The notes beneath the pieces are model-generated. The model was not told the DNA's origin, made no database searches, and saw only the letters and a program-made list of their open reading frames with translations. From assembly GCA_000004985.1 (NCBI GenBank), contig GG738867.1: a stretch of 64,000 nt of DNA. One strand, 5' to 3'. This DNA comes from Naegleria gruberi (taxonomy: Eukaryota). The stretch's first letter is position 1. Each line of letters starts with the position of its first letter. Both the position numbers and the translations under genes were made by a program. Shown here piece after piece: positions 20,787 to 32,193 of the stretch.

Positions 20787-22607
20787 ATGAACCCGACACA
20801 ACCGAGCAGCAATCCCAATCTCCTGCAGGTACAAGGCTCTGCAAACCATAATGTCAGTGGTGCTAGTTTAAGCTTTGATGATGTTGGTAGTCATCATAGC
20901 GGATTTGGAGGCATTGGTTTCAATGGAGAGTCAAGCCAGGTAGATCCCTCCGTTACACAAAAGAGTCGTTCTAGTTCCAATAATACGAATAATCCTTTGG
21001 TTATATTTGAGAGGAGTTTTTCGATATTCATCTCGGCGTTAAGGAATACTCTAGAATCAACAACATACATATATTCTGTTCTGCTGTATATTTGGATAAT
21101 TTTGCAAACATTTTCTTTATCTTCCTATTATGAATACAGGTGGGGAAATATTGCAGGATGGATAATGAGAGGAATAGCAGCAATATGGACATTAGGGTTT
21201 GATTTTATGCCATATAATGTAAGTATATAGTGATTAGAGGTGTAATGATTAATATTGTGTTTCCTTAATGATTGTTACTACTCAATTTACTGGTTCTATT
21301 TTAACAACTTCATCAACCCTAAAATCCTTTTCATCCCAATGAATAATTATTAACTTGCAATCTCTCAACAGGGTCATATTGTTATAATATCTCTGTCTTT
21401 GGCCCTTAACATTGTAACATTATTAATGTTCTTATATTGCAAATCTGCGCTTGGAAATGGCAGTAAACATTGGGATAGACTAAAACGATACACAAGAAAG
21501 ATGTGTGTCATTCATCTCGTATTTTCTGTTCCGATGATGTATTGCTATGGAGTGTTTTGGCACTGTGATTATACGACACTGAAATTGTTCGCCTTCTCTG
21601 AAGTTGAATGTTGGTCTCCTTCTAATAGTGGCCTTGCATCAATATCAATGTTGGGAGCATTAATGACTTTCATTATTACATTAATATCAAGTTTGGTTCT
21701 TGTAGATATCAATCCAGCAAGTAAGGGAATATTTGTGAGTTTTACTCCATTCTTTTTTGCTTCTCTAGTTGCTTCGAATACTCTTTTTGCATTCCTTCAA
21801 CAAGCTATTCCTCCTTACATTTACTATGCTGTCCCATCATTATTTATTGTGAAACAGTTATTGTTGTGTGTAGCGCTTGTTCAGAGATATCCATTCTTTA
21901 GAAGAGTGGAAAATTCAGTCATGTTTGGGGTATTGGTAGGCTCTGGAATGTGGGCAGTAGCAAATCTGGTTGTCTTCTCTGTAAATAGTAATGTTCCTTC
22001 AATTGATCTGGAAACATCAGGACTTGCAATAATGGGTGTTGGTTTCTTGTTGCCCATCACTGGGATCGTTCTCGGTTTTGTTGGTATTGAAATTGCCACT
22101 CGTGTCATTGTTTCAAAAGTAAAACATGATCTCGATAACTTAATGAGCAGTCCTCAAGGTGAACTGGAAGAAATGAAGTATTCTCATTTATTTATTCAGT
22201 GGGCCATGAAAGATCATTCCCTTGCAGAGTACGTGCGGTATCTTATTAATGAAGTTTCTTCAACCAAGGTGGATCTCTCATTCATCGATTTGATAACGAG
22301 TGCTTGTTATATGCACTATTTGGTGGAAGATTTTCAAACCAGTGCACTCTTGTTGCTTAAAAGATCTGAAGAAATGTTTGATTCTGTTTGGTTCATTGAC
22401 AGATTAGAACTCCAAATAAGAAAGAGAGAAATCACTAGCCACATTCATGCTGAAAGCGCTGAAGTGTCTGAGTACTTGACAAAAGTTGTAGCTAAACAAG
22501 ACACAATTCTAATTCTCCAAAGATCATTCTGGAAAATTGTCCTATCAGAAGAAATATCTGAATTGGCGATGGAACAAGCAGGAAGAAAGATATGGTCAAC
22601 TCTTTGA
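20787..22607 (+). CDS. Multi-pass membrane module, 2 exons (20787..21218, 21372..approx 22594-22607). It is probably the N-terminal part of the downstream cyclase gene
   Basis: Exon 1 ends ...FMPYN with donor GTAAGT at 21219. Acceptor CAACAG ends at 21371, giving a 153-nt intron with an in-frame TAG. Exon 2 is in phase and encodes 6-8 predicted TM helices, then a cytoplasmic region. It overlaps the start of ORF 22592 in another frame. Confidence 0.55.
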
Positions 22608-25291
22608 ATGAATACAGATATATTCAAAAAAATTTAGAGCTCTATGGAACTCTTGATACTGAGAGGTTTGAATCCATTAAAGGAAGATTGGCTTGGTATG
22701 CCAGTATGATAAATGAAATGGTGAAAACAGTACAATCTAATTATTTCACAGATGAAATGAAAAATGATATGCTTGGAACTAAGAGTGAAGTGTTTCTTCC
22801 TTCTCTTTCTGCTGACGGTAGCTATACGTTCAGCACAAAGAATATGACATATTCAGAATTGATGCATTTGATCGGTTCTGTTACATCAGTATTAGCCAAT
22901 AGTACTTTAGAAACTTTTAGGAATACCACAAACTTTGAGTACATCTTTTTGTGGAAGAACAGGTTACTCTTTATTGATTATTTCGAGGTCTTTTGCGATA
23001 TTTTGACTGCAAGAAACTTTGAACATTTGAATGCATGGTCCAACATTATTATTGGTGTAATGTCAACCCTGATAGGTCTATTTACCATATATTTGATCGT
23101 GTTTTGGGTAATTGTTGGTGGCTATATGAAGGCATCATCCAAGCTATTCAAGCTTTACAAGTTTTTACCAAAGGATGAAGTAGGAAAGCTTTTCCATGAA
23201 TTGGAGAAAAAGACAAGCCAGCTTAATCAAAGAATTGAGTTTAGAAAGTCCAATCTATTATCTCCTTCAAACGTTATGATCTACTTTTTGGCTTTAGTCT
23301 TCTTACTAACTTATATTTCAGTTGGATTGATATTTTTTGAGGCCCTTTACAACTCTGTTTACAACAGACAAGCAATTTCCAAAGTTCAACATGGTACAGA
23401 AATTACGCACGATTTGACCAAGATCACCTTTGGTTCATTCCAATCCTTATTTGATGATACTGATTATCTTCAATATACACACGATGAATTGTATGAATTT
23501 GCAAAGCGGTACAATACCATGGACGAGTACACTGATTTCAGATACGGAACAGAGGATGCAGGTTATTATAATTTAATTGGTATGACATCTTCTATAGATA
23601 CACAAGTTGAGCACCGTGGAACAGATGCTAAATGCAAGAATTACACTTTGATTAATTTTGATATTTCACAAATAGAATGCATGAGCATGGATGAATTGAT
23701 TAATGCAAATGCTTACTATTTAGCTAAACAAGTAGAAGATATTTACAAGAAGAAATATTCAGAAGAACAATTGTTGGCAACTTTTTGGAAGAATTACTTG
23801 GTATACATTCAGACAAGAAAAAAGAGTTGGGGAATCATGCTTGAATCTGTTGATTATTTCACCTCTAGAATTAATCAGAGAATAATAAGTGGTTTGGCTT
23901 GTGCCTTGCCTGCTCTGGTTGCTCTGTTAGCGTATATGGCTTTTAGGACTTATAGTAGAATTAATAAGGAAAGATCTCTCTTCTTATTAATGCTCTTCCA
24001 AGTTCCTTGTGATGTTCTAGATAATCTAGATCCAATCAAGAATTACATTTTTAATAGAAGCTTTGATTCTGGAAAGAAGAATAAGCAATTGTCATTGGAT
24101 GGAAGAAGTGAGGTTAAGGCAGTTTGTGATGCTGCTGTGGATGGAATGATTCTTTGTACCTCTGTTGGTGTGATTGAAATCTTTAACACTGCCTCGGAAA
24201 CAATGTTTGGATACAAGTCCACAGATGTACTTGGATTGTCTCTTACCAAACTGTTTGAAAAGGAAGGCAGAGAAAAGGTAGAGAATATTCTGGCCAGATT
24301 GAGACAATCTAATGAAACAATGGGAGAAACTCTAGAATTGGTTTGTTTAAGAAAAAATGACAGAAAGTTCCCAACAAGAGTTTCCTTATCAGTTAGTTTG
24401 CTAAGCACTTCCAATAACATGAAAAAATCTGTCATTACATGCTTTATCAAGGATATCACCACCGAATTGAAACACAATAATTTGATTAAGGAAGAAAAGA
24501 TGAAGTCTGAAGCACTCTTGTTGAATATTCTCCCTGAACCAGTGGCCAATAGACTGAAGGCAGGTGAAACCAATATATATGAAAACTTTAAGGATGTTAC
24601 CTGTTTCTTTAGCGACATTGTTGGTTTTACAACCATGTCATCAACCATGGAACCAAATCAAGTGGTTGCCATGTTGAACGAAATTGTCAATCAATTTGAT
24701 ATCCTTTGTGACTCGTATGATTTAGAAAAAATCAAAACTATTGGTGATGCATACTTTTGTTGTGGTGGTTTACACAATTGTATGCAAAGTGATCACCCTG
24801 AGAAAGTTGTTAGATTTGCCATTGATACATTGGGTGTCATTTATATTTACAATACTCAAAACAATACTACTGTGAATATTCGTGTTGGTGTACATACTGG
24901 CAGTGTAGTAGCTGGTGTTTTAGGTATAAAGAAGTTTGCTTATGATTTGTGGGGAGATGCTGTAAATACTGCCTCTCGTATGGAATCAACCGGTTTACCT
25001 GGTAGAGTTCAAATATCAAGAGACACTTATGAAAGAGTGCACGATTTGTTCGAATTTGATTTGAGAGAAATTGAAGTTAAAGGAAAAGGTAAAATGAAGA
25101 CATATGTGGTAAAGGAAAAACATCATCAAAATCCAAACAAGGAATCTCCAGAAATTACCAGTACCACTATTCTAAGAAACAGACTGGGTGAATCAAGTTC
25201 TGCAGCAAATTTATTCCAAGCTCAACAAAATATTGACCATGAAAATTCAGTTCCAAATTTACTTCAATTAACCATTCCAGATAAATATTAA
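22592..25291 (+). CDS. Class III adenylate/guanylate cyclase with TM segments and PAS domain, 899 aa as one ORF; it likely continues from 20787
   Basis: A PAS region (SLDGRSEVKAVCDAAVDGMILCTSVGVIEIFNTASETMFGYKSTDVLG) is followed by a cyclase catalytic domain (FFSDIVGFTTMSSTMEPNQVVAMLNEIVNQFD, KIKTIGDAYFCCGG, IRVGVHTGSVVAGVLGIKKFAYDLWGDAVNTASRMESTGLPGRVQIS). Three TM helices lie N-terminal of the PAS domain. Confidence 0.8.
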   Translation: MVNSLNEYRYIQKNLELYGTLDTERFESIKGRLAWYASMINEMVKTVQSNYFTDEMKNDMLGTKSEVFLPSLSADGSYTFSTKNMTYSELMHLIGSVTSVLANSTLETFRNTTNFEYIFLWKNRLLFIDYFEVFCDILTARNFEHLNAWSNIIIGVMSTLIGLFTIYLIVFWVIVGGYMKASSKLFKLYKFLPKDEVGKLFHELEKKTSQLNQRIEFRKSNLLSPSNVMIYFLALVFLLTYISVGLIFFEALYNSVYNRQAISKVQHGTEITHDLTKITFGSFQSLFDDTDYLQYTHDELYEFAKRYNTMDEYTDFRYGTEDAGYYNLIGMTSSIDTQVEHRGTDAKCKNYTLINFDISQIECMSMDELINANAYYLAKQVEDIYKKKYSEEQLLATFWKNYLVYIQTRKKSWGIMLESVDYFTSRINQRIISGLACALPALVALLAYMAFRTYSRINKERSLFLLMLFQVPCDVLDNLDPIKNYIFNRSFDSGKKNKQLSLDGRSEVKAVCDAAVDGMILCTSVGVIEIFNTASETMFGYKSTDVLGLSLTKLFEKEGREKVENILARLRQSNETMGETLELVCLRKNDRKFPTRVSLSVSLLSTSNNMKKSVITCFIKDITTELKHNNLIKEEKMKSEALLLNILPEPVANRLKAGETNIYENFKDVTCFFSDIVGFTTMSSTMEPNQVVAMLNEIVNQFDILCDSYDLEKIKTIGDAYFCCGGLHNCMQSDHPEKVVRFAIDTLGVIYIYNTQNNTTVNIRVGVHTGSVVAGVLGIKKFAYDLWGDAVNTASRMESTGLPGRVQISRDTYERVHDLFEFDLREIEVKGKGKMKTYVVKEKHHQNPNKESPEITSTTILRNRLGESSSAANLFQAQQNIDHENSVPNLLQLTIPDKY

Positions 25292-25331
25292 CTCAAAATA
25301 TTATTAATTTAAATACTAAAAATACAAGAAT

Positions 25332-26390
25332 TTACTTTCCAAGTCTTTTGTTATCCTCTTCAATAAGTTCCTTATAATATCCCTCCCAATCAATTTTCAT
25401 ATTTCCTCCATATTCGGTTGCCAATTGATCAGCATCAACATAGTTCAACAAATCTTGTTGCTTGTTCACCATGACGTACTTGGCTTTGAGTTCTGTAGAT
25501 AAAAAGGCGCTGAGGAAAGCCCAAATAATATTAATAGTCCAAGGAGCATTCATAATCAAGACTCTACCCAATCTTTCAGGATAGTAAAAACCCAAATCAT
25601 CAAAAATATCTTTCTGTAATAATTGTTAAAAGTCTCTCCCCTAGCTAACACTTACCATTCTTTTAACCAAGGACAATGAAATTGCAGAAACATCAACAAT
25701 CCAATTCATTTGGAATGCTGTTCCTTTAAATTCTCTTCTTCTGAAATTTCTTTCATGCAAGTAAACCAAATGACGGAACTTGAGCTGTTTGTTTTCCTCG
25801 GAATTATCCAACAAATCCTTGTTTGTCCACATATAGAAAATAGGCATATCATTTTGACAAATACCTTGATCAATCATCATATTAGAAGTACATGTTGTGT
25901 TAGTAAATTCTTCCATTCTAATCTCCTCTGGTTTATAAACAGCTCTCCAATTAACCATTTTCACAATCAATCGAGTAGCTTCATCCAATTTCCATTCAAA
26001 CCCTCTGGAATATCTGAAAAAGGCAAAATTATCCAAAGTCAGCTCTCTCAGCTCATTCCACTTATCGGCATCAATTTGTAATTCATTCTTTTCATTCTTT
26101 ACCAACTCTGGAATATTCTCCAAAACATTTATACCCATAAATCTCTTTACAATCTCATCACCATCCTTCACAATCACACGGATCACCATCATCATCAAAT
26201 TATGAATAAATTTTAATTTTTCATCATTCATCACCGGAGAAACATAAGTTGGATGAAGATCGCACATTTCCTTCAGTGTTGGTAAGTCAACAAGAGTTAC
26301 TAGTTGTTGATCAGCAGCAGCAGATGATGATGATGATGAATTTACTGCCTGATCAGAACATAAAGATGACGAAGGAACAAGTCGCAACAT
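25332..26390 (-). CDS. Sec14/CRAL-TRIO lipid-binding domain protein, 2 exons (26390..25656, 25613..25332), approx 338 aa
   Basis: Exon 1 ends ...VKRM with donor GTAAGT (rc of 25650-25655). Acceptor TTACAG gives a 42-nt intron. Exon 2 reads KDIFDDLGFYYPERLGRVLIMNAPWTINIIWAFLSAFLSTELKAKYVMV...LATEYGGN, a classic Sec14 C-terminal block. The CRAL-TRIO N-region is in exon 1. Confidence 0.8.
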
Positions 26391-26672
26391 TTTTTAAAGT
26401 TTTTTTTTGAAATTTTTTTGTTTTTTTGAAAATTGATGAAGGAAAATTGCAAAGGAGAATTTTTGTTTTCAGGTGAAGGAAAGAATTGATGATTATTGTG
26501 GGAAAGGAATGGGTTGGAGAGGATGGGATGGTTCTAATTGTGAGTTTGGAGTGGTGGCAACGTGATGGAAGGGAAGGAATAAAGTCCTTTCTTATGACTT
26601 GTCAAAGAAAAGATTCGAATAAATATTCGATAGAGAGACAGCACTAATACGGACACAAAAAAGCTCAAAAAA

Positions 26673-29066
26673 ATGTCTCAAGAAGATCAAGAGGTTATCG
26701 TGATTGTAGAAGACCAAGAACAACAGAAAGATTCTCTTCCTTTCGATCAAGCAAGAATAGAACAAACTAAACTATTCGGAACTAATCAAACTAATTCCTT
26801 GTTTCCAACCAATGATCAACCAAAAACAAGATTCGTCCTCTCCATTGATGGTGGAGGTGTCAGAGGAACCCTCGCAGGTTCAATCCTTGCCACTCTCGAA
26901 AAGGAAGTCATCCAAGAAATTGCCAAACATTTTGCAGAGCTAGGAGAAAAACCACCAACCAATAACTTTAGTTTAACTTCATGTTTCGATTTGGTAGTCG
27001 GTACATCAACAGGTGGAATCATTGCATTAGGTGCTGGTATTTCTAATAATGGAGGACCTTTCGATTTTAAATTTTCTGCCTCTGATTTGGGAGATTTATA
27101 TACGAATAATAGTTCACAGATATTTAGTAAGGAATTTAAACATGGAAAATTGAGAGAATTTTTGATTTCTTCGAGATATGATCCAACTGGATTGGAAATT
27201 GTCATGGAAAAGTATTTTGGAAAGGCCAAGTTGAGTGATTTGGTTATTCCAGTGATGGTAACTTCATATGATTTAAATAGACAAGAATTGGTTGTGTTTG
27301 ATAGTGAAATGGCTAAACCTAAAGGAGAATTGACTATGAGACAGTTACCTTCTGATTATTATTTGAAAGATATTGCACTTGCCACTTCAGCAGCTCCAAC
27401 TTTCTTTCCAATTAGAACGATTGAGTCAATTACAGATCCAAGTGATAAACATGATTATATTGATGCTGCAGTAACTGCTAATAATCCAACCATGTTGGCT
27501 TATTTGAAAGCAAAGAAAATGTATCCAGGCGATTCCATTAATATTGTTTCATTGGGTTGTGGTTATGAAGGTATTGATAGACCTTCATTGGAAGGAAAGA
27601 TTGAATGGGCCAAGACAATTTCCTCTCTCATGATTCAAGGAGCATCTAATTTGACTGAATATTTAATGCAACAAATGGTAGATTTGTCACCTTTGGATAA
27701 ATATTGGAGAATTGATGTGAAATTGGATCAGGCAGCTTTAGATTTGACATCTGAAGATTATTTGAAGAGTTTAAAGATATTGGGATCAAGTTTGAGAACC
27801 AACGATGGTAATGCCTATAAGAATATTAGAGATACCATTATTGACTTTTATAGAAGTAAGAGTTTTTATACTTGTTTCAAGTTGATTGAAAAAGTTGAAA
27901 GTCAATTGATGAGTCCAAAGTACAGAAAGAATGATCAGGTTAGAATTGACCTTTCAGATGTTGGATTGACTCCAATTGCATTATGGGAAGTGGTTCACTA
28001 TTTGAAAAATCAAGTTGACTATGAAAAAATTTACAAAATTGATTTGAGTGGACAAACTATAACTGTTGAAATATTAGAACAATTGCTCCATTTGAGAACT
28101 GAAGAAGCTCCTGAAAAATTGAAAAAGAAACATTGTTCTGTTGAGAAACTAACTGTCAAGACTCAAATCTTGGAAGAGAAATGTTTAATTCACAAATTAA
28201 TCATGAGAGATTGTCAATTGAGTGGTCAAGTCCTTGCATGGCTTGTCAATAAGAGTAAATTGTTTGATGTCTTGGATTTGGGAGGAAGTGTCAAATTGAG
28301 TGAATGTGATTCTGGATTTTTGGATTCTCTCTGTCAATTGTCTGAAAGAGGAAATGTCATTCTAGAAGGAAAGGCCTATTGGGTGATTGGTAATCATTAC
28401 AGATACTTTGAGAAATTCGATCATTGCAGAAAATCTTACAAGAAAGGAAGTGAATTAGGCGATGTTGATTGTGAATATTTGGATTGCTTAATGGGATATT
28501 TCACAGATAATTTACAAGATCGAAATGAGCAACTTCATCAAATATTGAAGAATAGAAATGAAAGAGTTGGATATTTACTTGGCTTGGCAATTGAACAACG
28601 AAACCTTTCGAATAATGAACAAGCTCAACAATCAAGAAGTTCAATCGATTCTCCATCAAGTAGCTCACCATCCAGTTCATCTCCTATGAAAATTCCACAA
28701 GAAAACGATCCACTACCACCTGAATTTGTCGAATATGAAATTGAGAATCATCATGCCCTATGTGTCGATTGGTATGTCCGAGTTTCTCAATCCATATCCA
28801 CAAAAGATTCTTCACAACCATGGATTGATAAGGCAAAACTTCGACTTTCAAAAGGAAAGACACTTCTTCCAGCTGCATCCAGTCTTGGCTTGGTGTTGTA
28901 TCCACAAGGTGCAAATACCACAATTGGAGAAGCTATTCTTTCAAAAAAGGAAAGAAAAGATCAGCAAAAAAAGGAAAAACAAGAAGAAAAGGAAAGAGAA
29001 AAAGAAAGAAAACGATTGGAAAAAATGGAAAAGAAGGAATTAAAGCAAAAGATGAAGAATCAATAG
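26673..29066 (+). CDS. Patatin-like phospholipase (iPLA2-like) with C-terminal leucine-rich region and K/E-rich tail, 797 aa
   Basis: Patatin motifs are present: SIDGGGVRGT (oxyanion), VVGTSTGGIIAL (GxSxG) and IDAAVTANNP (catalytic Asp). An LRR-like region lies downstream. The C-terminus reads KKEKQEEKEREKERKRLEKMEKKELKQK. Confidence 0.8.
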   Translation: MSQEDQEVIVIVEDQEQQKDSLPFDQARIEQTKLFGTNQTNSLFPTNDQPKTRFVLSIDGGGVRGTLAGSILATLEKEVIQEIAKHFAELGEKPPTNNFSLTSCFDLVVGTSTGGIIALGAGISNNGGPFDFKFSASDLGDLYTNNSSQIFSKEFKHGKLREFLISSRYDPTGLEIVMEKYFGKAKLSDLVIPVMVTSYDLNRQELVVFDSEMAKPKGELTMRQLPSDYYLKDIALATSAAPTFFPIRTIESITDPSDKHDYIDAAVTANNPTMLAYLKAKKMYPGDSINIVSLGCGYEGIDRPSLEGKIEWAKTISSLMIQGASNLTEYLMQQMVDLSPLDKYWRIDVKLDQAALDLTSEDYLKSLKILGSSLRTNDGNAYKNIRDTIIDFYRSKSFYTCFKLIEKVESQLMSPKYRKNDQVRIDLSDVGLTPIALWEVVHYLKNQVDYEKIYKIDLSGQTITVEILEQLLHLRTEEAPEKLKKKHCSVEKLTVKTQILEEKCLIHKLIMRDCQLSGQVLAWLVNKSKLFDVLDLGGSVKLSECDSGFLDSLCQLSERGNVILEGKAYWVIGNHYRYFEKFDHCRKSYKKGSELGDVDCEYLDCLMGYFTDNLQDRNEQLHQILKNRNERVGYLLGLAIEQRNLSNNEQAQQSRSSIDSPSSSSPSSSSPMKIPQENDPLPPEFVEYEIENHHALCVDWYVRVSQSISTKDSSQPWIDKAKLRLSKGKTLLPAASSLGLVLYPQGANTTIGEAILSKKERKDQQKKEKQEEKEREKERKRLEKMEKKELKQKMKNQ

Positions 29067-29103
29067 TTGAATAGCTAGTGTAATTGTAAATAAATGTCAG
29101 AAC

Positions 29104-30219
29104 ATGATGGAACTGCAAGTTTTAAATCGCATTTCAAAGAAAGTAGACGAAACTTGGAACAAAAAAATGTCTGCATTCGAATTACCAGACGATATTTGGT
29201 TAGAAATTATTTCATTCCTAGATTCTCACGATATTATCAAAAATTGTTTTTTAATTTCAAAACAATTTTTGGGTATTATAAAAAGTTATTCGAAACTTTC
29301 CATACGAGTGAAAGCACCTTTGCATGGAACAATTAATATTTTATTAGAAACCTTGTTGAAATCATTTTCCGGGAGAAACTTGACGAAACTTGATCTGAGA
29401 AGAAATTTTATTCATGCAAAATTGGCAGAACATTTAGGGAATTTGCACCAATTGACCGATTTAAATGTTGACGATTCTTTTATTGTAGAACCTGCAATTG
29501 ATTCTATTCGCTACTTGACTAAACTGTCAACACTTTCGATCAATTCTAATAATTTAAAAACAAAGGAATTGAAAATTATCAAGGAAATGAAACAATTAAC
29601 AGTTCTATCGATTGCAAAGAATTCAATGCAATCTGGAGGTGCTAAATTATTACGAAACCTTTCCAATTTGACTATTCTAAATATTTCGAATAATCGAATT
29701 GGAAATGAAGGATGGAAATATTTATGTTCAATGAAACAATTAACCAAACTAAACATTTCTGGTACTAACATTTCTTCTGAAGGAATTTCATACCTAACCA
29801 ACTTTCCAAATTTAACAGAATTGAACTTTTCTGGAAATACCAGTTTGAGATTTTCTCAAAAAGTACAAGAACAATTGAGTGAATTGAAATATTTAACGAA
29901 ACTTGTCATCAATTACATCCATCCTATTCCAATTGATGACCTTCAATATATTCACAAATTAGAGAAACTCACCAGTCTTTCTCTCAAATCTAATTTCATG
30001 TACGATGCGTCAGCAATTCACATTTCAAAGTGTGAGAAATTAACCTATTTGGATGTTGCAATTAATAATTTGAGTGATGCTGCAGCAGAAGCATTTTCTC
30101 ATCTACCAAATTTGAAATATTTGAATATTTCTGAAAATTATCTTTCCAAAAAAGGAGTCGAGCTATTACGTAACATGCCCCAGTTGACCAGTTTGATTTA
30201 TGAAAGCGAATTGTTATGA
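29104..30219 (+). CDS. F-box / leucine-rich-repeat (RNI-like) protein, 371 aa
   Basis: The N-terminal F-box reads LPDDIWLEIISFLDSHDIIKNCFLISKQF. It is followed by at least 10 LRRs of the LxxLxxLxLxxNxIxxxG type. Confidence 0.7.
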   Translation: MMELQVLNRISKKVDETWNKKMSAFELPDDIWLEIISFLDSHDIIKNCFLISKQFLGIIKSYSKLSIRVKAPLHGTINILLETLLKSFSGRNLTKLDLRRNFIHAKLAEHLGNLHQLTDLNVDDSFIVEPAIDSIRYLTKLSTLSINSNNLKTKELKIIKEMKQLTVLSIAKNSMQSGGAKLLRNLSNLTILNISNNRIGNEGWKYLCSMKQLTKLNISGTNISSEGISYLTNFPNLTELNFSGNTSLRFSQKVQEQLSELKYLTKLVINYIHPIPIDDLQYIHKLEKLTSLSLKSNFMYDASAIHISKCEKLTYLDVAINNLSDAAAEAFSHLPNLKYLNISENYLSKKGVELLRNMPQLTSLIYESELL

Positions 30220-30241
30220 ATTTAAATATTATTGTTCTTAT

Positions 30242-32134
30242 TTACAATTTGGATGGTTTTTGATTATTTTGATTCAAGAGTTTTTGAAGATTGACAAGTT
30301 TCAATGCCAACCCAATATTTCCCTTGACCTTCACAGAACCAGTCATGAATGCAGTTTGAGGAGCAAGTTTACCAGACATGATCTTGTAACAAGTGGCATC
30401 TGTCATGGTCATTGTACAGTCGATTACCTTTTCTCCTTCTTTTGATTCTGGTACGCCCATATAAACTCCACAATCTTCACCATTCTTCATATTTAAAGTC
30501 CATTGTTTCTTAATTGTCTTGTTGGAATTGTTGATGAGATCAAAGACATAGGTCACTTTGTACTTTTGAGTCAAGTCAGAATGTTCCTTGAAGAGAGAAA
30601 TCATTCTTCCAAAGATTTCAGAGCATTGATATCCTTCAATATTGACTTCACTTGGTTGTTCAGCTCTGGTCAATCCAGCAACTACTTTCTTTCCTTGTTT
30701 GCTTGGAGCAGCAGATGATTGTTGTACTGGTGCTGCTAGTTGATTTTTCAGTAGTACTTTCACTTGATGAAACCTTTCTAGTGGCTTGATTCTTGGCAAT
30801 ATTTGTGGCATGTTTGATGATATTTTGGAAACTTTCAGCAGCACTGGAAGGATTTCTCACATATCCACTATCCTCATCCACTGGTCCATTTACACTGTAG
30901 AATGAATTGATCTTACTCCAATTCTTTTCAATAAGTTCAGTATTCAAAGCATCCTCAATTGTATCACAATAGAATGGAATACCTCTTTCATATCTCACTT
31001 TGGTAATGACACCTCCACCAACTTCATAGATTTGTCCATTTTCCTTACATTTAGAACTGCACAAGAACAAGACTAATGGAGAAACAATTTCAACCTTGAG
31101 AGCATCCAACCAATCCTTGTCCACATTGGATTGTTGCAAAATTTGAGTTCCTGCAAGAGGACTCACACAATTCACACAAACATCTCCAATTCTATCACTT
31201 TCAATAGCAAGAGTTCTAGCCAATCCACACAATGCCTCCTTACAAGCTCCATAATTAGCTTGTCCAAAATTACCAAACAATCCGGCAGCACTTGTTGTGA
31301 AAATTACACGACCATACTTTTGTGTTTTGAAAACATTCCAAGCAGCTCTTGTCATTAAAAAGACTCCATGCAAATGCACTTGATAAATTTGATCCCATTG
31401 TTGTTCACTCATATTTGCAAATGATTTATCCCTCAAAATTCCAGCATTATTCACAAGCATGGTCAATTTAGCTTGAGGAGAGAATGATTTCAATGCATCT
31501 TGAATAATCCTTGGTGGTCCTTCTGGATTTGTCATGGAATGAATGCAAGGAATGGCTCTTGGATAAGTTGCATCTGTGTATGATGTGCATTGAAGAATCG
31601 TCATAGCAATATTTTCCAATGAACAAATATCCATCCGATCATGATCCACACAATAATTTGTTCCGATCATTGTTATATTAACCAGCACATTTGATGATGT
31701 TATTTAATTTTCCGAAATATTCAATCCATAATTCATCATCAATTGTTGTTTGTTAATATTTTAATGATGATGATGATGAATATTAAAAACCTACTGGTTG
31801 GAAAAGTCTTATTAATATAATCAGCTAATTAAAATCATCATCAAAACATTTAAATTCATCATCATCACCAAAATACAAAAATTCCAACAAGTTTGATCAT
31901 CAATAGGAACAAGAAGAATATCCGATCATATTAATCATCATTTGGAGGAAGAATAATTTACGTACCAGTTTCCTTGGCTGCCTTTTCATCAACATCATGA
32001 ATTACAACAAATGCTCCACATGCAGCAAAGGCTAAAGCATGGGATTTTCCGAGACCTCTGGCTGAACCAGTAATGATACAAATTTGATCGGTGAAGGAGA
32101 GGTTGTTACCTTTTGGAAGGAGATTTGAAGACAT
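30242..32134 (-). CDS. Short-chain dehydrogenase/reductase fused to SCP2 sterol-carrier domain (HSDL2 / MFE-2-type, no hydratase domain), at least 3 exons (32134..31966, 31573..approx 30760, approx 30690..30242)
   Basis: Exon 1 encodes MSSNLLPKGNNLSFTDQICIITGSARGLGKSHALAFAACGAFVVIHDVDEKAAKETG and ends at donor GTACGT. Acceptor ACACAG at 31574 gives an intron of about 392 nt that is rich in (GATGAT)n. Exon 2 continues DATYP...LTMLVNNAGILRDKSF...YGRVIFTTSAAGLFGNFGQANYGACKEA (SDR Y-x3-K) and APLVLFLCSSKCKENGQIYEVGGG, which closely parallels the HSD17B4 N-domain. An S/T-rich linker follows, then a frame switch with probable intron candidates at about 30700-30770. The SCP2 domain is KKQWTLNMKNGEDCGVYMG...KLAPQTAFMTGSVKVKGNIGLALKL. 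Confidence 0.7.
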
Positions 32135-32193
32135 TTTTTTTTTCAATATATTAAAAAATAATTTTCCTTAAATGGAATTTGGTTTTTTTTTTA

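Noticed and set aside
22595-22617. A 23-nt GT..AG interval that would join the membrane-module ORF to the cyclase ORF in phase
   Set aside because: It is half the size of the smallest intron otherwise seen in the window (42 nt) and has a weak donor (GTCAAC). I kept it only as an unresolved junction.
24043-24648. Minus-strand 201-aa ORF inside the cyclase gene
   Set aside because: It is antisense to the PAS and cyclase coding region, which has unambiguous domain motifs.
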